DNA of 64,000 nucleotides from Phascolarctobacterium sp. (GTDB lineage Bacteria; Bacillota; Negativicutes; Acidaminococcales; Acidaminococcaceae): NCBI RefSeq assembly GCF_030531065.1, contig NZ_JAUNOQ010000006.1, positions 89,045 to 153,044 of the forward strand, read 5' to 3'. Shown piece by piece: positions 19,764 to 28,792 of this stretch (position 1 is its first letter; each line of letters starts with the position of its first letter). The notes under the pieces were generated by a model. It saw only the letters and a program-made list of their open reading frames with translations, ran no database searches and was not told where the DNA came from. The position numbers and the translations under genes were made by a program.

Positions 19764-20558
19764 ATGGCAAAAAATTACGCCGCTTTTGACGAAGCGATGT
19801 ATCACGTGGGCTTCGCTAAAAAAGCTTTGCAGGGCGCTGCGCTGGCCGTGCTGCCGGGCGACCCCGGCCGCGTGGAGCCTTTGGCCAAAACTTTGGGCGA
19901 GGGCGCGCAATTTATTGCCAGCCATCGCGAGTATACCAGCTGGCTGACGCGCGTCGAGGGCGCGCCGGTTCTGGTGTGTTCGACGGGCATGGGCGGGCCG
20001 TCCGTCGGCATTTGTCTCGAAGAGCTGGCGCGGCTGGGCATTACGCATGTGATTCGCGTGGGCACGACGGGGACGATTCAGGAAAAAATAAATTTAGGCG
20101 ACGTGATTATCAATAAAGCCGCTGTGCGGCTCGACGGTACGTCGGGCCATTATGCGCCGCAGGAATTTCCTGCGGTAGCCAGCTTCAGCGTCACGGGCGC
20201 GTTGGCGCAGGCGGCAAGCTCTTGCGGCGCTCCCTTTCACGTGGGCGTTTCCGTTTCCAGCGACACCTTCTGGCCGGGGCAGGAGCGCTACGATAGCTTT
20301 ACCGGCTACGTGCCGCGGCGTTTTCAGGGCAGCATGCGCGAATGGCAGGCGTTAGGCGCGCTCAACTACGAAATGGAAACCTCCGCGCTTTTTGTCGTCA
20401 GTCAGGCCTTGGGCTTGAAAGCGGGCGCGGTTTGCGGCGTGGTAGTAAAGCGCACGCAGAGCGAAAGCGTGGCTGCGGACGACGTTTATCTCAGAGCGCT
20501 GGCCTATCAAATCAAGGTAGTGCGCGGCGCGATAAAAATTTTGCTGCATATCGGTTGA
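19764..20558 (+). CDS. udp: Uridine phosphorylase
   Basis: LPGDPGRV, STGMGGPS, IRVGTTG, YEMETSA motifs. Confidence 0.88.
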   Translation: MAKNYAAFDEAMYHVGFAKKALQGAALAVLPGDPGRVEPLAKTLGEGAQFIASHREYTSWLTRVEGAPVLVCSTGMGGPSVGICLEELARLGITHVIRVGTTGTIQEKINLGDVIINKAAVRLDGTSGHYAPQEFPAVASFSVTGALAQAASSCGAPFHVGVSVSSDTFWPGQERYDSFTGYVPRRFQGSMREWQALGALNYEMETSALFVVSQALGLKAGAVCGVVVKRTQSESVAADDVYLRALAYQIKVVRGAIKILLHIG

Positions 20559-20584
20559 TTTGCGTCCGTGAGGAGGTGCAAGCT

Positions 20585-21160
20585 ATGCAGAAAATATTCA
20601 GGCTATTGAGTTGCTTATGCTTCGCCGTTTTGTTGGCGGCCGCCGCTTTGCCGCAAACAGCGCGCGCCGATTTTCCGGAGCGTCCGGTGGGCTTTGTGGT
20701 TATCGACCATGACGGCGGCGTCAGCGGCGCGGTTTATAAAAATTGGCGGCAGGTTGTGAAATGGGCGTACCATTTTCCGTATTACCGGATTACGGACGAC
20801 GGAGCGGCGCAGCAAAATGTCAGCGAGGCGCTGCGCGGCGGGGCCGGGCTGGACAAAGCAAGCATGGAGGCCTTGGCGGAAAAAAGCAAGGTGGACGTGC
20901 TGGTAGTGGCGCGCGTTTACGAAATGGACGAAACGATGCTGTCCGGCGGCTTCTTCCGCGACCAGGAAACCTACGTCAGGGTGGTGGCCGACGCCGATTT
21001 GTACGTTTATAAAAAGGACGGCGCTAAATTCCTCAAGAAAAAACTGCGCGAACGGCAGCTGCGCGACCTGGGCAATTACGACAAGCCGGAAGAAACGATT
21101 AAGTGGGAGCTTTCCAAGCTGGTCAACACCATGGAGGGCAGGCCGATTATCGGCGCGTAA
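20585..21160 (+). CDS. Secreted hypothetical protein
   Basis: RBS GAGGAGG, ATG 20585, signal peptide ending ...PQTARA; in-frame part of the 272-aa ORF. Confidence 0.75.
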   Translation: MQKIFRLLSCLCFAVLLAAAALPQTARADFPERPVGFVVIDHDGGVSGAVYKNWRQVVKWAYHFPYYRITDDGAAQQNVSEALRGGAGLDKASMEALAEKSKVDVLVVARVYEMDETMLSGGFFRDQETYVRVVADADLYVYKKDGAKFLKKKLRERQLRDLGNYDKPEETIKWELSKLVNTMEGRPIIGA

Positions 21161-21177
21161 AATTCAAATTTGCGAAT

Positions 21178-21215
21178 AAAAAGCAGAGTCTGTGGAAAGC
21201 AGGCTCTGCTTTTTT
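21178..21215 (+). repeat. Hairpin repeat copy R1
   Basis: AAAAAGCAGAGTCTG-TGGAAAG-CAGGCTCTGCTTTTT. Confidence 0.75.
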
Positions 21216-21233
21216 ACGGTTTAATTTGTGTTC

Positions 21234-21266
21234 TTAGCTAAAAAATGCTATAATAATTTTAGCTAA
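21234..21266 (+). promoter_or_regulatory. TA promoter with two TTAGCTAA operators flanking an extended -10
   Basis: TTAGCTAA at 21234-21241 and 21259-21266; TGCTATAAT at 21246-21254. Confidence 0.65.
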
Positions 21267-21278
21267 AGGAGGTGTGCT

Positions 21279-21512
21279 ATGCTTACGGCAACTGCTACGG
21301 AGATACAAAACAATTTTGGCAAATTTTTACAGGCGGCGCAAAGCGGCAATGAAATTATCATTTTAAAAAACGGCGTGGAGGTCGCTAGATTGATTTCTAA
21401 ACAAAGGGCGGTAAATTTTTTGACAGATTCGTTGTTAGGCGTGTTGCATGACGATTACGACGAAAAAGCCATACGCGCTGAAAGGATTGCGGAGCATGAA
21501 AGTTTTGATTGA
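21279..21512 (+). CDS. Phd/YefM-family antitoxin
   Basis: ATATEIQNNFGKFL...EIIILKNG.EVARLI N-terminal Phd motif. Confidence 0.85.
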   Translation: MLTATATEIQNNFGKFLQAAQSGNEIIILKNGVEVARLISKQRAVNFLTDSLLGVLHDDYDEKAIRAERIAEHESFD

Positions 21513-21903
21513 TACAAATATTATTCTTGACGTTTTATGTGCGCGGGTAAACTTTTGGCAAGTGGCGGCGCAGGTTTGGAAGCTGTGCGAAATAAATAGA
21601 GTGGAGGGCTATATTTCTGCGCTTTCAATACCTAATATAGTTTACATTTTGCGCAAAGAGCTTACGCCTGCAAAAACGCAGCAGGTTATCGAACAGCTGC
21701 TTTTAATTTTTAGAGCGGCGGATTTGCGCGCTGATGATTTACTTAAAGCGGCAAGAATGCAGACGCCTGATTTTGAAGACGCATTGCAGATGGTCTGCGC
21801 TATGCGTCTTAAGGCGGACTATATTGTTACCAGAAATATAAAGGATTTTCAAAATAGCAAAATTCAGCCCGTGCTGCCGACAGATTTTTTGAAAATCATT
21901 TAA
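21496..21903 (+). CDS. PIN-domain (VapC-like) toxin
   Basis: MKVLIDTNIILD, DFEDALQ, IVTRNIKDF; start overlaps antitoxin end. Confidence 0.88.
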   Translation: MKVLIDTNIILDVLCARVNFWQVAAQVWKLCEINRVEGYISALSIPNIVYILRKELTPAKTQQVIEQLLLIFRAADLRADDLLKAARMQTPDFEDALQMVCAMRLKADYIVTRNIKDFQNSKIQPVLPTDFLKII

Positions 21904-22101
21904 AAATGTAATAGCGGCATATTTTCCGTTGGCGGCGGTTGCGACGCCGATGTTCCCGTAATTGCGTATTTAAATAAAAAGTACGGCGGCAAGCTTACGG
22001 TTTTGTGGCTGGACGCGCACGGCGATTTAAATTCGCCGCAGGAATCGCAGACCGGATTATTTTACGGTATGCCTGCAAGAACTTTGTTATTTTTGATATG
22101 A
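21904..22101 (+). pseudogene. Internal fragment of an arginase/ureohydrolase-family gene
   Basis: Reads IFSVGGGCDADVPVIAYLNKKYGGKLTVLWLDAHGDLNSPQESQTGLFYGMP (DAHGD metal motif); no start codon, stop at 22099-22101. Confidence 0.8.
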
Positions 22102-22156
22102 TCTTGCTATGAGCATTTTTTGAATGGCGGTTAGCGCGCCAAATATACGGAAATAT

Positions 22157-22193
22157 AAAAAGCAGAGCTTGTCGCAGGCTCTGCTTTTTTTTT
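22157..22193 (+). repeat. Hairpin repeat copy R2
   Basis: AAAAAGCAGAGCTTG-TCG-CAGGCTCTGCTTTTTTTT. Confidence 0.8.
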
Positions 22194-22198
22194 GCGTC

Positions 22199-25039
22199 TC
22201 ACTTTGTTTCGGAAAAGCCGTAGTGGGTAAAGATTTTGTCGAACTCGTCGCTCGTCGTGGCCAGGCGCACGCTTTCGCGCACGCGGCTTTGCGAAAAATC
22301 TAAGCGCAGGTATTTGTTATATTCCTTGCGTATCATTTGCACTCTGCTTACGTGCGGTTCGTCTTCTACGTATTTAGCCAAACTTTTGGCTTTGGCTAAA
22401 TTATCTTTAAAATCGTCGCTGTGCGGTTCTAAAATATCAATTACATAATCGATTTGCGGGTCGCTGCGGACAATGATGAAATCAGGATAAAAACCTTTAG
22501 CTTGTCCTTCTATTTCATATGGCAAGCACAGGCTCCAAGATTTTTTGGCAGGATTGCGCAGCCAGCAGATGAAGTCCGGACGCTTACTTTCTTCTTCGAT
22601 AACGTCCTTTTCCCAAGAGTTTAATTTAATTTTGGCGACGCCGCTATCGTCCGCATAAAGATGGTTTTTATATTCCGTTCCGCCTTCGTCGATTTTGGCG
22701 TCGATTCTTTCCGGCAAACGGTAGGTGAGCTTGCTCACCGCGTCGCTGTCGGTTACGATTTGGCGGTAGCGGCTAAAACATTTTTCACCTTTGAAGACGA
22801 TATAAGTGCGATACATATCGTTCAAAGAATGGAATTTTGCTTTCGCATAGCCGTTAAGCCCGTCCAAACATTCTTCGGAAGCGGCAAATAGAATGCAATC
22901 TATTTTGTAGCTGTTCGGCTCGCTATCGTCCCAATAATAACGCGCGTAGTGTTGCGGCAACCCGAAGTTGCCCAACTTGGCGTTGGCAATTGCCAACTGC
23001 GGGTCGAGAATTTCATCCGACGCGATAAACAAATCTTTTTCATGGATATTTTGCACTTGCGCGCCGAAAATATCGAAGACGTGCATGGATAATTTCATTT
23101 GCAGAACTTGCTTTTTCGCGGCGCCGTACTGTCCTGCGGCTTTCAGTTGTTCGATGTAGGCGCGGATTAAATTTACCGCGTCCCTGGTAACTTCTTCTTT
23201 TGCCGGTCTGTATACGTCGTAAGAAGTCAACAGGTCGCTTAGCGCTAAAACTGATTTGAGGTAATTATTTATTTGCACGTTCTGCACGGAATAAGTAATC
23301 ATTCCCAAATCGTTGATGTGCTTGAGAACTTTTTCCCTGTCGAACGTAGGGAAAATTTCCAATTGCTCCGCTTGTCGCGCAGTTGCGTTCGGCATTGGCG
23401 GAACGTTTGGCGTAGCGTCGCTTTCGTTGGCGTTAGGCGTTGGCGAAACGTTTTGCGCGCCGTTATTTTCGTTTGCAGTTGATGTAGCCGTATCGCCGGG
23501 CGAAGTTTCGCGCCCGTCCGGTGGCGTCGTTTGCGGCTTTGCGTCAGCGTCGTCGCGACCTACCGGCGTTACGATTGGCTGGGGCGGCAGGACGTTTTCG
23601 TTTTCGTCCGCAGGGAATAAAGTGGGATTTTCCTGCGCGGTCGGCGCGATGCGCGGACGCACGTGCCAGGAAACGTAAGTAGGGCTCTCTATATCTTCGT
23701 CGTCGACGAACGTCGGAATGTCGTCGACTTCCGAACTTTGCAGTTCGGCGACGACTTTAGCCACGTTATCTTGATTGAAATACGGCAGGAACAAACGCAC
23801 GTCGTTTAAGTAATCGTCGACTAAAATTTTATTTTGCAAGGGCGTGCGCACCATGCGTCCCAAAAGCTGCGCGATGTAAGTCGTGTCTTCGGCGGTGCGG
23901 AAGGACATCATCGTTTCCGCCCGCGGACAATCCCAACCCGTCGAAAGATTTTCTTTGAACAAGACGACTTTTATTTTCCTATTGTCGGCGATATCTTCCG
24001 GCTCGACGTGAAAAATTTTTAGCCCGGCAATCTCTATGTCGCCCGTAGAACCGAAGGTATGCACTATTTCGCCGGGGTTGAATTTGCGCCCGATGCGTTT
24101 TTCCAAATGGGCGATTACGTCGGCCAAATTCGTGCGTGAAATCTCTTTGCCGCTGCCGGCCTGCACCTGGATAATAAAAGCCGGTTCCACCTGTTTATAA
24201 TGTTGTTGCGTGCAATATTGTCGCCAATGCTTGCATTTTTCCAGCCATTCGTCCGTAGCTTTATCCAAAACGGCCATGTCGTTATATTTTTGCATATCCT
24301 GCGGATGGATAATAATGATGCGGTCTTTCAAAAGCCCTGATTCCCGCACGCTTTCGGCGGCGATACGCTTGTAATGGATTGTGGAGGACAAGCCTTCAAC
24401 CAATTTATTAAAACGCTGCGCCGTGGCGCTCATGCCGATTACTAAAGGCATGGGCGCTAAATTATGCTTGGGGCTGCCCTTTAAAAAACGCTGCATAATG
24501 GACGTGGCTTTGCCAGCGTCGTTGCCCAGCGAACCGCGGTGCGCTTCGTCGATAATGAAATACAGGCGGTCGGCTTTCGTTTCCAAAGTGTTTTGCAAAG
24601 TTTCCCAAATGGTGTACCGCCTGCTGTCGGAATGTTTGACAAGGTTGCTGCTTTTGCTAAGCTTTTGCGTGTTGAGAAAATAAATGCAGCCGTCGCTTAA
24701 AGCTTCTTGGTCGAAAGAACTATCTTCAATGGCTATACACTGGCCCAGACGGATTTTGTCGGCCTTCGCTTCTATTTTTTGTTGCGATTGCGCGTTCAAA
24801 CTGGGCGAGTCGGACAGCCAGACAAAGATGGCTTCGGGCTGCGCTTCGTAAGTATCCGTGCCGCAAAAAATATCTTCGATAAGGGCGGACATAATTATCG
24901 TTTTGCCCGCGCCCGTAGGAGCTTGCAAAGAAACTACCTGGGGAGTGCGCGTGCGCTTAAAAGAACCGAGAGCTTCGGCGGCGTGCGCGCGCAACGCTTT
25001 TACGGCTTCGCTTTGGAATTGAAATAGTTGGCACTTCAT
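22199..25039 (-). CDS. Type III restriction enzyme Res subunit (SF2 helicase plus C-terminal nuclease)
   Basis: APTGAGKT, FIIDEAH, GMSATA, LSTGWDCPRAE, QLLGRMVR; C-terminal FYPDF...DILEPH nuclease motif. Confidence 0.85.
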   Translation of the reverse strand: MKCQLFQFQSEAVKALRAHAAEALGSFKRTRTPQVVSLQAPTGAGKTIIMSALIEDIFCGTDTYEAQPEAIFVWLSDSPSLNAQSQQKIEAKADKIRLGQCIAIEDSSFDQEALSDGCIYFLNTQKLSKSSNLVKHSDSRRYTIWETLQNTLETKADRLYFIIDEAHRGSLGNDAGKATSIMQRFLKGSPKHNLAPMPLVIGMSATAQRFNKLVEGLSSTIHYKRIAAESVRESGLLKDRIIIIHPQDMQKYNDMAVLDKATDEWLEKCKHWRQYCTQQHYKQVEPAFIIQVQAGSGKEISRTNLADVIAHLEKRIGRKFNPGEIVHTFGSTGDIEIAGLKIFHVEPEDIADNRKIKVVLFKENLSTGWDCPRAETMMSFRTAEDTTYIAQLLGRMVRTPLQNKILVDDYLNDVRLFLPYFNQDNVAKVVAELQSSEVDDIPTFVDDEDIESPTYVSWHVRPRIAPTAQENPTLFPADENENVLPPQPIVTPVGRDDADAKPQTTPPDGRETSPGDTATSTANENNGAQNVSPTPNANESDATPNVPPMPNATARQAEQLEIFPTFDREKVLKHINDLGMITYSVQNVQINNYLKSVLALSDLLTSYDVYRPAKEEVTRDAVNLIRAYIEQLKAAGQYGAAKKQVLQMKLSMHVFDIFGAQVQNIHEKDLFIASDEILDPQLAIANAKLGNFGLPQHYARYYWDDSEPNSYKIDCILFAASEECLDGLNGYAKAKFHSLNDMYRTYIVFKGEKCFSRYRQIVTDSDAVSKLTYRLPERIDAKIDEGGTEYKNHLYADDSGVAKIKLNSWEKDVIEEESKRPDFICWLRNPAKKSWSLCLPYEIEGQAKGFYPDFIIVRSDPQIDYVIDILEPHSDDFKDNLAKAKSLAKYVEDEPHVSRVQMIRKEYNKYLRLDFSQSRVRESVRLATTSDEFDKIFTHYGFSETK

Positions 25040-25041
25040 GT

Positions 25042-27459
25042 TCAGCTTCTCCTGTAGTTAATGCTAAAATTATCCAGATAGTCGCGGTACAGCTGGAAGG
25101 TATGTTCCACGTTCAGTTCGCTTATCTTGGCGCGGTAGCCCGCTTCGTAATTGGTGACGATATAAACATAATTTATTTCGGGATGTTCTTCAAGGCGCTC
25201 TTTAAAATCTACAAAATAGTTTTCGTCGACGAGTACGGCGAATTTATTTTGCGGCAAAACGAGCATCGCGGGCGTTGCGTCGTTTGCTGATTTGGGGCAG
25301 GGGCCGACGGCTCCTGCTTTTAACCACAAGAGCGGCAGCAATTCTTTAAACTGCCTGCCCAGCGACACGGCGGTTTTGTCCAAAAAGCCCAGCTTAAAGA
25401 ATGCGCAGTTGGCGGCGAAGCCGTCGGCCATGGGGCGCTTTACTATTTCATCTTTACTTATTAAACCCAGTAGCTCATTTATTTGTTGCTTTACTTTTTT
25501 GAAAACGCTATTGTTATCCGTAACTATGTAAATATCGGTGATATGGTTGTTTTCATTTAATTCTTCTAAATACTCGTCAATATAAGATAAGTCAAAGATA
25601 ATACTTGTATAATATTTTTCAGAAATAATGTAGTGGCTGTTATCTTTTAAAAGGTTTTGAGGTAAATTTTCTTTGCCAATAAGAGCTAAAATACTTTTAC
25701 GAGCTTCGTTGTTTAGAATGTTAGCGTTCAAAGCAATTTGTTTTATGTTGCGGGTAATTTCTACTGTTTTCTTTAAAGTAGTAAAATATTCGCCTTTGAG
25801 AGAATTGCCGTTTATATCTACGCCTTTAATAGAAAGTTTTGTGCGCGGCCAAGTAACGTAACGAGCGACACCTAAGTTTTCCCATTCTGTGTCACCTGGT
25901 TGATAGCCATTATTCCGAAGAGTTTTAGCTTCGTCTTCTGATACTTCATTATTCGTTACCATTATGCAACGGCGCTGGCCACCGTCTTCCGCATTTAGTA
26001 AATTTACTGCGTGTAGCGTAGTGCCGCTACCAGCGAAGAAATCCACGATGAGAGCATCGGTTTTTTCTTTTATAAAATAATTTATTGTATCATGAACAGA
26101 ATAAAGAGACTTTGGAAAATTAAATTTACCATCACCTATTATAGATTTGATTAGAGAAGTTCCGTATTGTCAAGCATCATGAAGTTTGTTTTTCCATACA
26201 GTTGTGGCACGAGTTACTTTTCCTTGAGTTTCGACAACAATTCTAGTGCCATCATCTCTGAATCCTCTAAAAGCCCATCTACCAGAATTTATTTTTTGTG
26301 TATAGTTTGAACTTAAATATTTGAAAATATATGGTTGAAATTCATTGCCTTTAGAGACTCGTACTAATCCTTGGTCAACCATTGTTTTTAGTGACTCTTT
26401 AGTTAATCCCCAGTTCATTTCAACGCCATCTTCTCGTATTGGAAATACAGGAGTTGCATCTTTGATTGATGGTATACTGTTTGTACTTTCTTCGGGGGAA
26501 AGAGCATTTCCAATTTTTATGATTTTATGAGAGGAATCGTTTACATATATAGGAAAAAATTGTGCGACCCCTCCTTTAGTTGTACCCCGTCTAGAGGAGT
26601 AGTCTGTTCTCCTTAAATAAAACCATCTTACTTCACGTTCTGTGCCATCTCCTGTGGGATGAATAACGTGCGCATTGCCAAACAGAACAACGTAGGCAAA
26701 TTCATCTGCTCGAGAAAATAAGTTGTCTCTTTTGGCTCCGGAAGGATTGATGGTTATGCTTACCATTTGCATATTAGCTTCCGGAAACATTTCCTCCAGC
26801 AAGCATCCCAAATGCAAATATTCTTTTTCATCAATCGTCACAATCAGCACGGAATCTTTGGGATTGAGCAGCTTCTTCGCCAACGCCAAACGCTTTTCCA
26901 TAAACGACAGCCATTTGCTGTGACGGTAAGCGTCGCTGCCGTCGACGTAATTATTATTGTACTTCCAATCCTTCGCGCCGGTGTTGTAGGGCGGGTCGAT
27001 ATAAATGCAGTCGACCTTACCGTGGTAAAGATAATCTAAAAGTTGCAGCGCGTGGTAATTATCAGCTTCAATAAGCGCGTGCCACAAATCGCTGCCCGGC
27101 GCGTTGCAAATACTGTCGATAGGCTGCAAATAAGGGTAGATTGGTTCGCCGAAGGTAGCGACGACGACTAAATCCTGCACGGCAAAATTTATCGGCTCGC
27201 TGGCGTCTTTTTTGAGACAGCGGGCAACGCCGTCTTCTACTGATAAAACTTTATAAGCATCGGCTAGGGAAGAATTTTTTAGCGCGACGGTTTTGCCGGC
27301 CGTTACGGGGACGTCGTATAAGGGAGTGCATTCCGGTAAATGGTTTTCAAATACAAGGCCGAATTTTTTCCCTTTTTGCATTTTGCTGATTTCGGCGGCG
27401 ATGCGCGCGCGTAAATCCGCGTCGGCTATTTTGTTGATTAAATCGTCTATGGCTGCCAT
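25042..27459 (-). pseudogene. Type III R-M Mod (N6-adenine methyltransferase) interrupted by one in-frame TGA at 26170-26172
   Basis: Upstream part has IYIDPPYNTG; frame continues after HDA-TGA as QYGTSL...FNFPKSLYSV...VDFFAGSGTTLHAV with no frameshift. Confidence 0.85.
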
Positions 27460-27655
27460 GAGTTACGCTCCTATGATGAATTTCCTCTAGCGTTTTCATA
27501 ATCCTGCATTCGGAAAAATTATAGCTAATTTTATTTAATTCTACGTCGGCGGGCAAAATCCCCCTAACTAATTGCAAAAATGAAAAATAGTTGAGGGAAA
27601 GAACTAGGCGACGGCGTAAGGAAAAAGTAATAAAGTCGGCTTTATAAGAAAAATT

Positions 27656-27686
27656 AAGCAGAGCTTGTCACAGGCTCTGCCTTTTT
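27656..27686 (+). repeat. Hairpin repeat copy R3
   Basis: AAGCAGAGCTTG-TCA-CAGGCTCTGCCTTTTT; near-identical to R2. Confidence 0.8.
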
Positions 27687-27840
27687 GCGAAAATACATTT
27701 TCTTTTTAAACTGGTTGTGTTATAATAAAAGCGGCGCTTGCCATAACGGTAGGCGGTTTCTCTTGCGAGAGTGAGCAGCCCTTCTTTTAATTTAAAGCTT
27801 CGCCGGTTTTGCCGGAAAGCTCATGAAAGAGGGTGATGCC

Positions 27841-27930
27841 ATGAGTGTGTTAGACGTTATAGCTTTGCTAAGCTTCGGTTTGGCTTGCTTCAAACTCGGA
27901 TATACCATCGGTAGAAATGCAAAAAAATAA
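27841..27930 (+). CDS. 29-aa hydrophobic peptide, candidate type I toxin (MSVLDVIALLSFGLACFKLGYTIGRNAKK)
   Basis: RBS AGAGGGTG; extended -10 TGTGTTATAAT at 27716-27726; single hydrophobic segment and basic C-terminus; below the ORF-track cutoff. Confidence 0.75.
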   Translation: MSVLDVIALLSFGLACFKLGYTIGRNAKK

Positions 27931-28012
27931 CCGCCAAGCCTCGAAATCTGACGGTTATTTTTTGTAAATAACATTGAAGAAGGGCAACCGTCTATCGGCA
28001 AGCGCCTTTTCT
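27920..28012 (-). ncRNA. Candidate antisense antitoxin sRNA (~90-95 nt)
   Basis: Minus-strand promoter TTGCTT (28047-28042)-17 bp-TACAAT (28024-28019); terminator hairpin 27924-27963 pairs better on the minus strand (G.U rather than C.A). Confidence 0.6.
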
Positions 28013-28057
28013 ATTATTATTGTACTACTTTATTTTTAGATAAGCAAGAGATTTTTT

Positions 28058-28087
28058 AGCAGAGCCTGCCGCAGGCTCTGCCTTTTT
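28058..28087 (+). repeat. Hairpin repeat copy R4
   Basis: AGCAGAGCCTG-CCG-CAGGCTCTGCCTTTTT. Confidence 0.8.
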
Positions 28088-28103
28088 ACGCACGCTATAA
28101 TTT

Positions 28104-28445
28104 TTATTTTTTCCGTTGCATTCTTTTAAACGCTTCTTTGAAAACGATTTCGTCTTCTCGTACAGAAACTACTATTATCTCCATAGCTTTTTCTTTAATT
28201 ACCAGTTCGTAAACTGCTCTTATGCCCATGCCGCGGAATTTGATTTCCAATAAGCCTGCAAGGTTTACGCCTCTTTTATTGCCTAAGCGTTTTCCGTAGC
28301 CTCCCTGGTCTTTGGGATACGGATTAAACGAAGCTTTTTCTATACCGTCGGCTACGCGCTGCCGAACAGAGCGGTCTAATTTTTTCATATCGTTGACGGC
28401 GTCTTCAGAATAAACCACTTCAAATTTTTTGTCCGCTTCGTTCAC
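28104..28445 (-). CDS. RelE/ParE-family toxin
   Basis: VVYSEDAVNDMKKLD, GYGKRLG, LEIKFR..GIRAVYEL, IIVVSVR pattern. Confidence 0.82.
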   Translation of the reverse strand: MNEADKKFEVVYSEDAVNDMKKLDRSVRQRVADGIEKASFNPYPKDQGGYGKRLGNKRGVNLAGLLEIKFRGMGIRAVYELVIKEKAMEIIVVSVREDEIVFKEAFKRMQRKK

Positions 28446-28759
28446 TCAAACTCTACCTCGCAATTCGGATTTGGCGTATCAATATCTAAGAGAGCCATAG
28501 CTTCTTGAGAAGAATATATTTTGCGGTTAGGGCGGCTAATTCTTTCCAGAGCTTCAACATACAATTCCATGTCGATTAAACTATCGACAAGATGTTCATA
28601 GGCTTCGGGAGAAATTAAAACGCATTCTGGTAAATTATTTTTAAAAACGTATTTCGTTCCGGTTTCTTTGACTTCAGAAAAAATTTTAGTCGCTTCGCCT
28701 TTGTTGAAACGCGAAACGGGAACGACTTTATCTGCTGTTAAAAAGGTCATGCTTTTCAC
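28442..28759 (-). CDS. Phd/YefM-like antitoxin
   Basis: VVPVSRFNKGEATKIF, YVFKNN.PECVLISPEAYE; overlaps toxin start. Confidence 0.8.
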   Translation of the reverse strand: MKSMTFLTADKVVPVSRFNKGEATKIFSEVKETGTKYVFKNNLPECVLISPEAYEHLVDSLIDMELYVEALERISRPNRKIYSSQEAMALLDIDTPNPNCEVEFE

Positions 28760-28792
28760 CTCTTTGCTTCAAGTATCTTTTAACTTAATTGT

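Noticed and set aside
26170-26172. TGA in mod as selenocysteine or Gly recoding (code 25)
   Set aside because: No SECIS-like hairpin was recognised, the position is not a catalytic Cys, and TGA terminates many other genes in the window, including mod itself at 25042.
21178-28087. Hairpin repeats as a CRISPR array
   Set aside because: Spacing is kilobases and irregular, and no cas genes are present.
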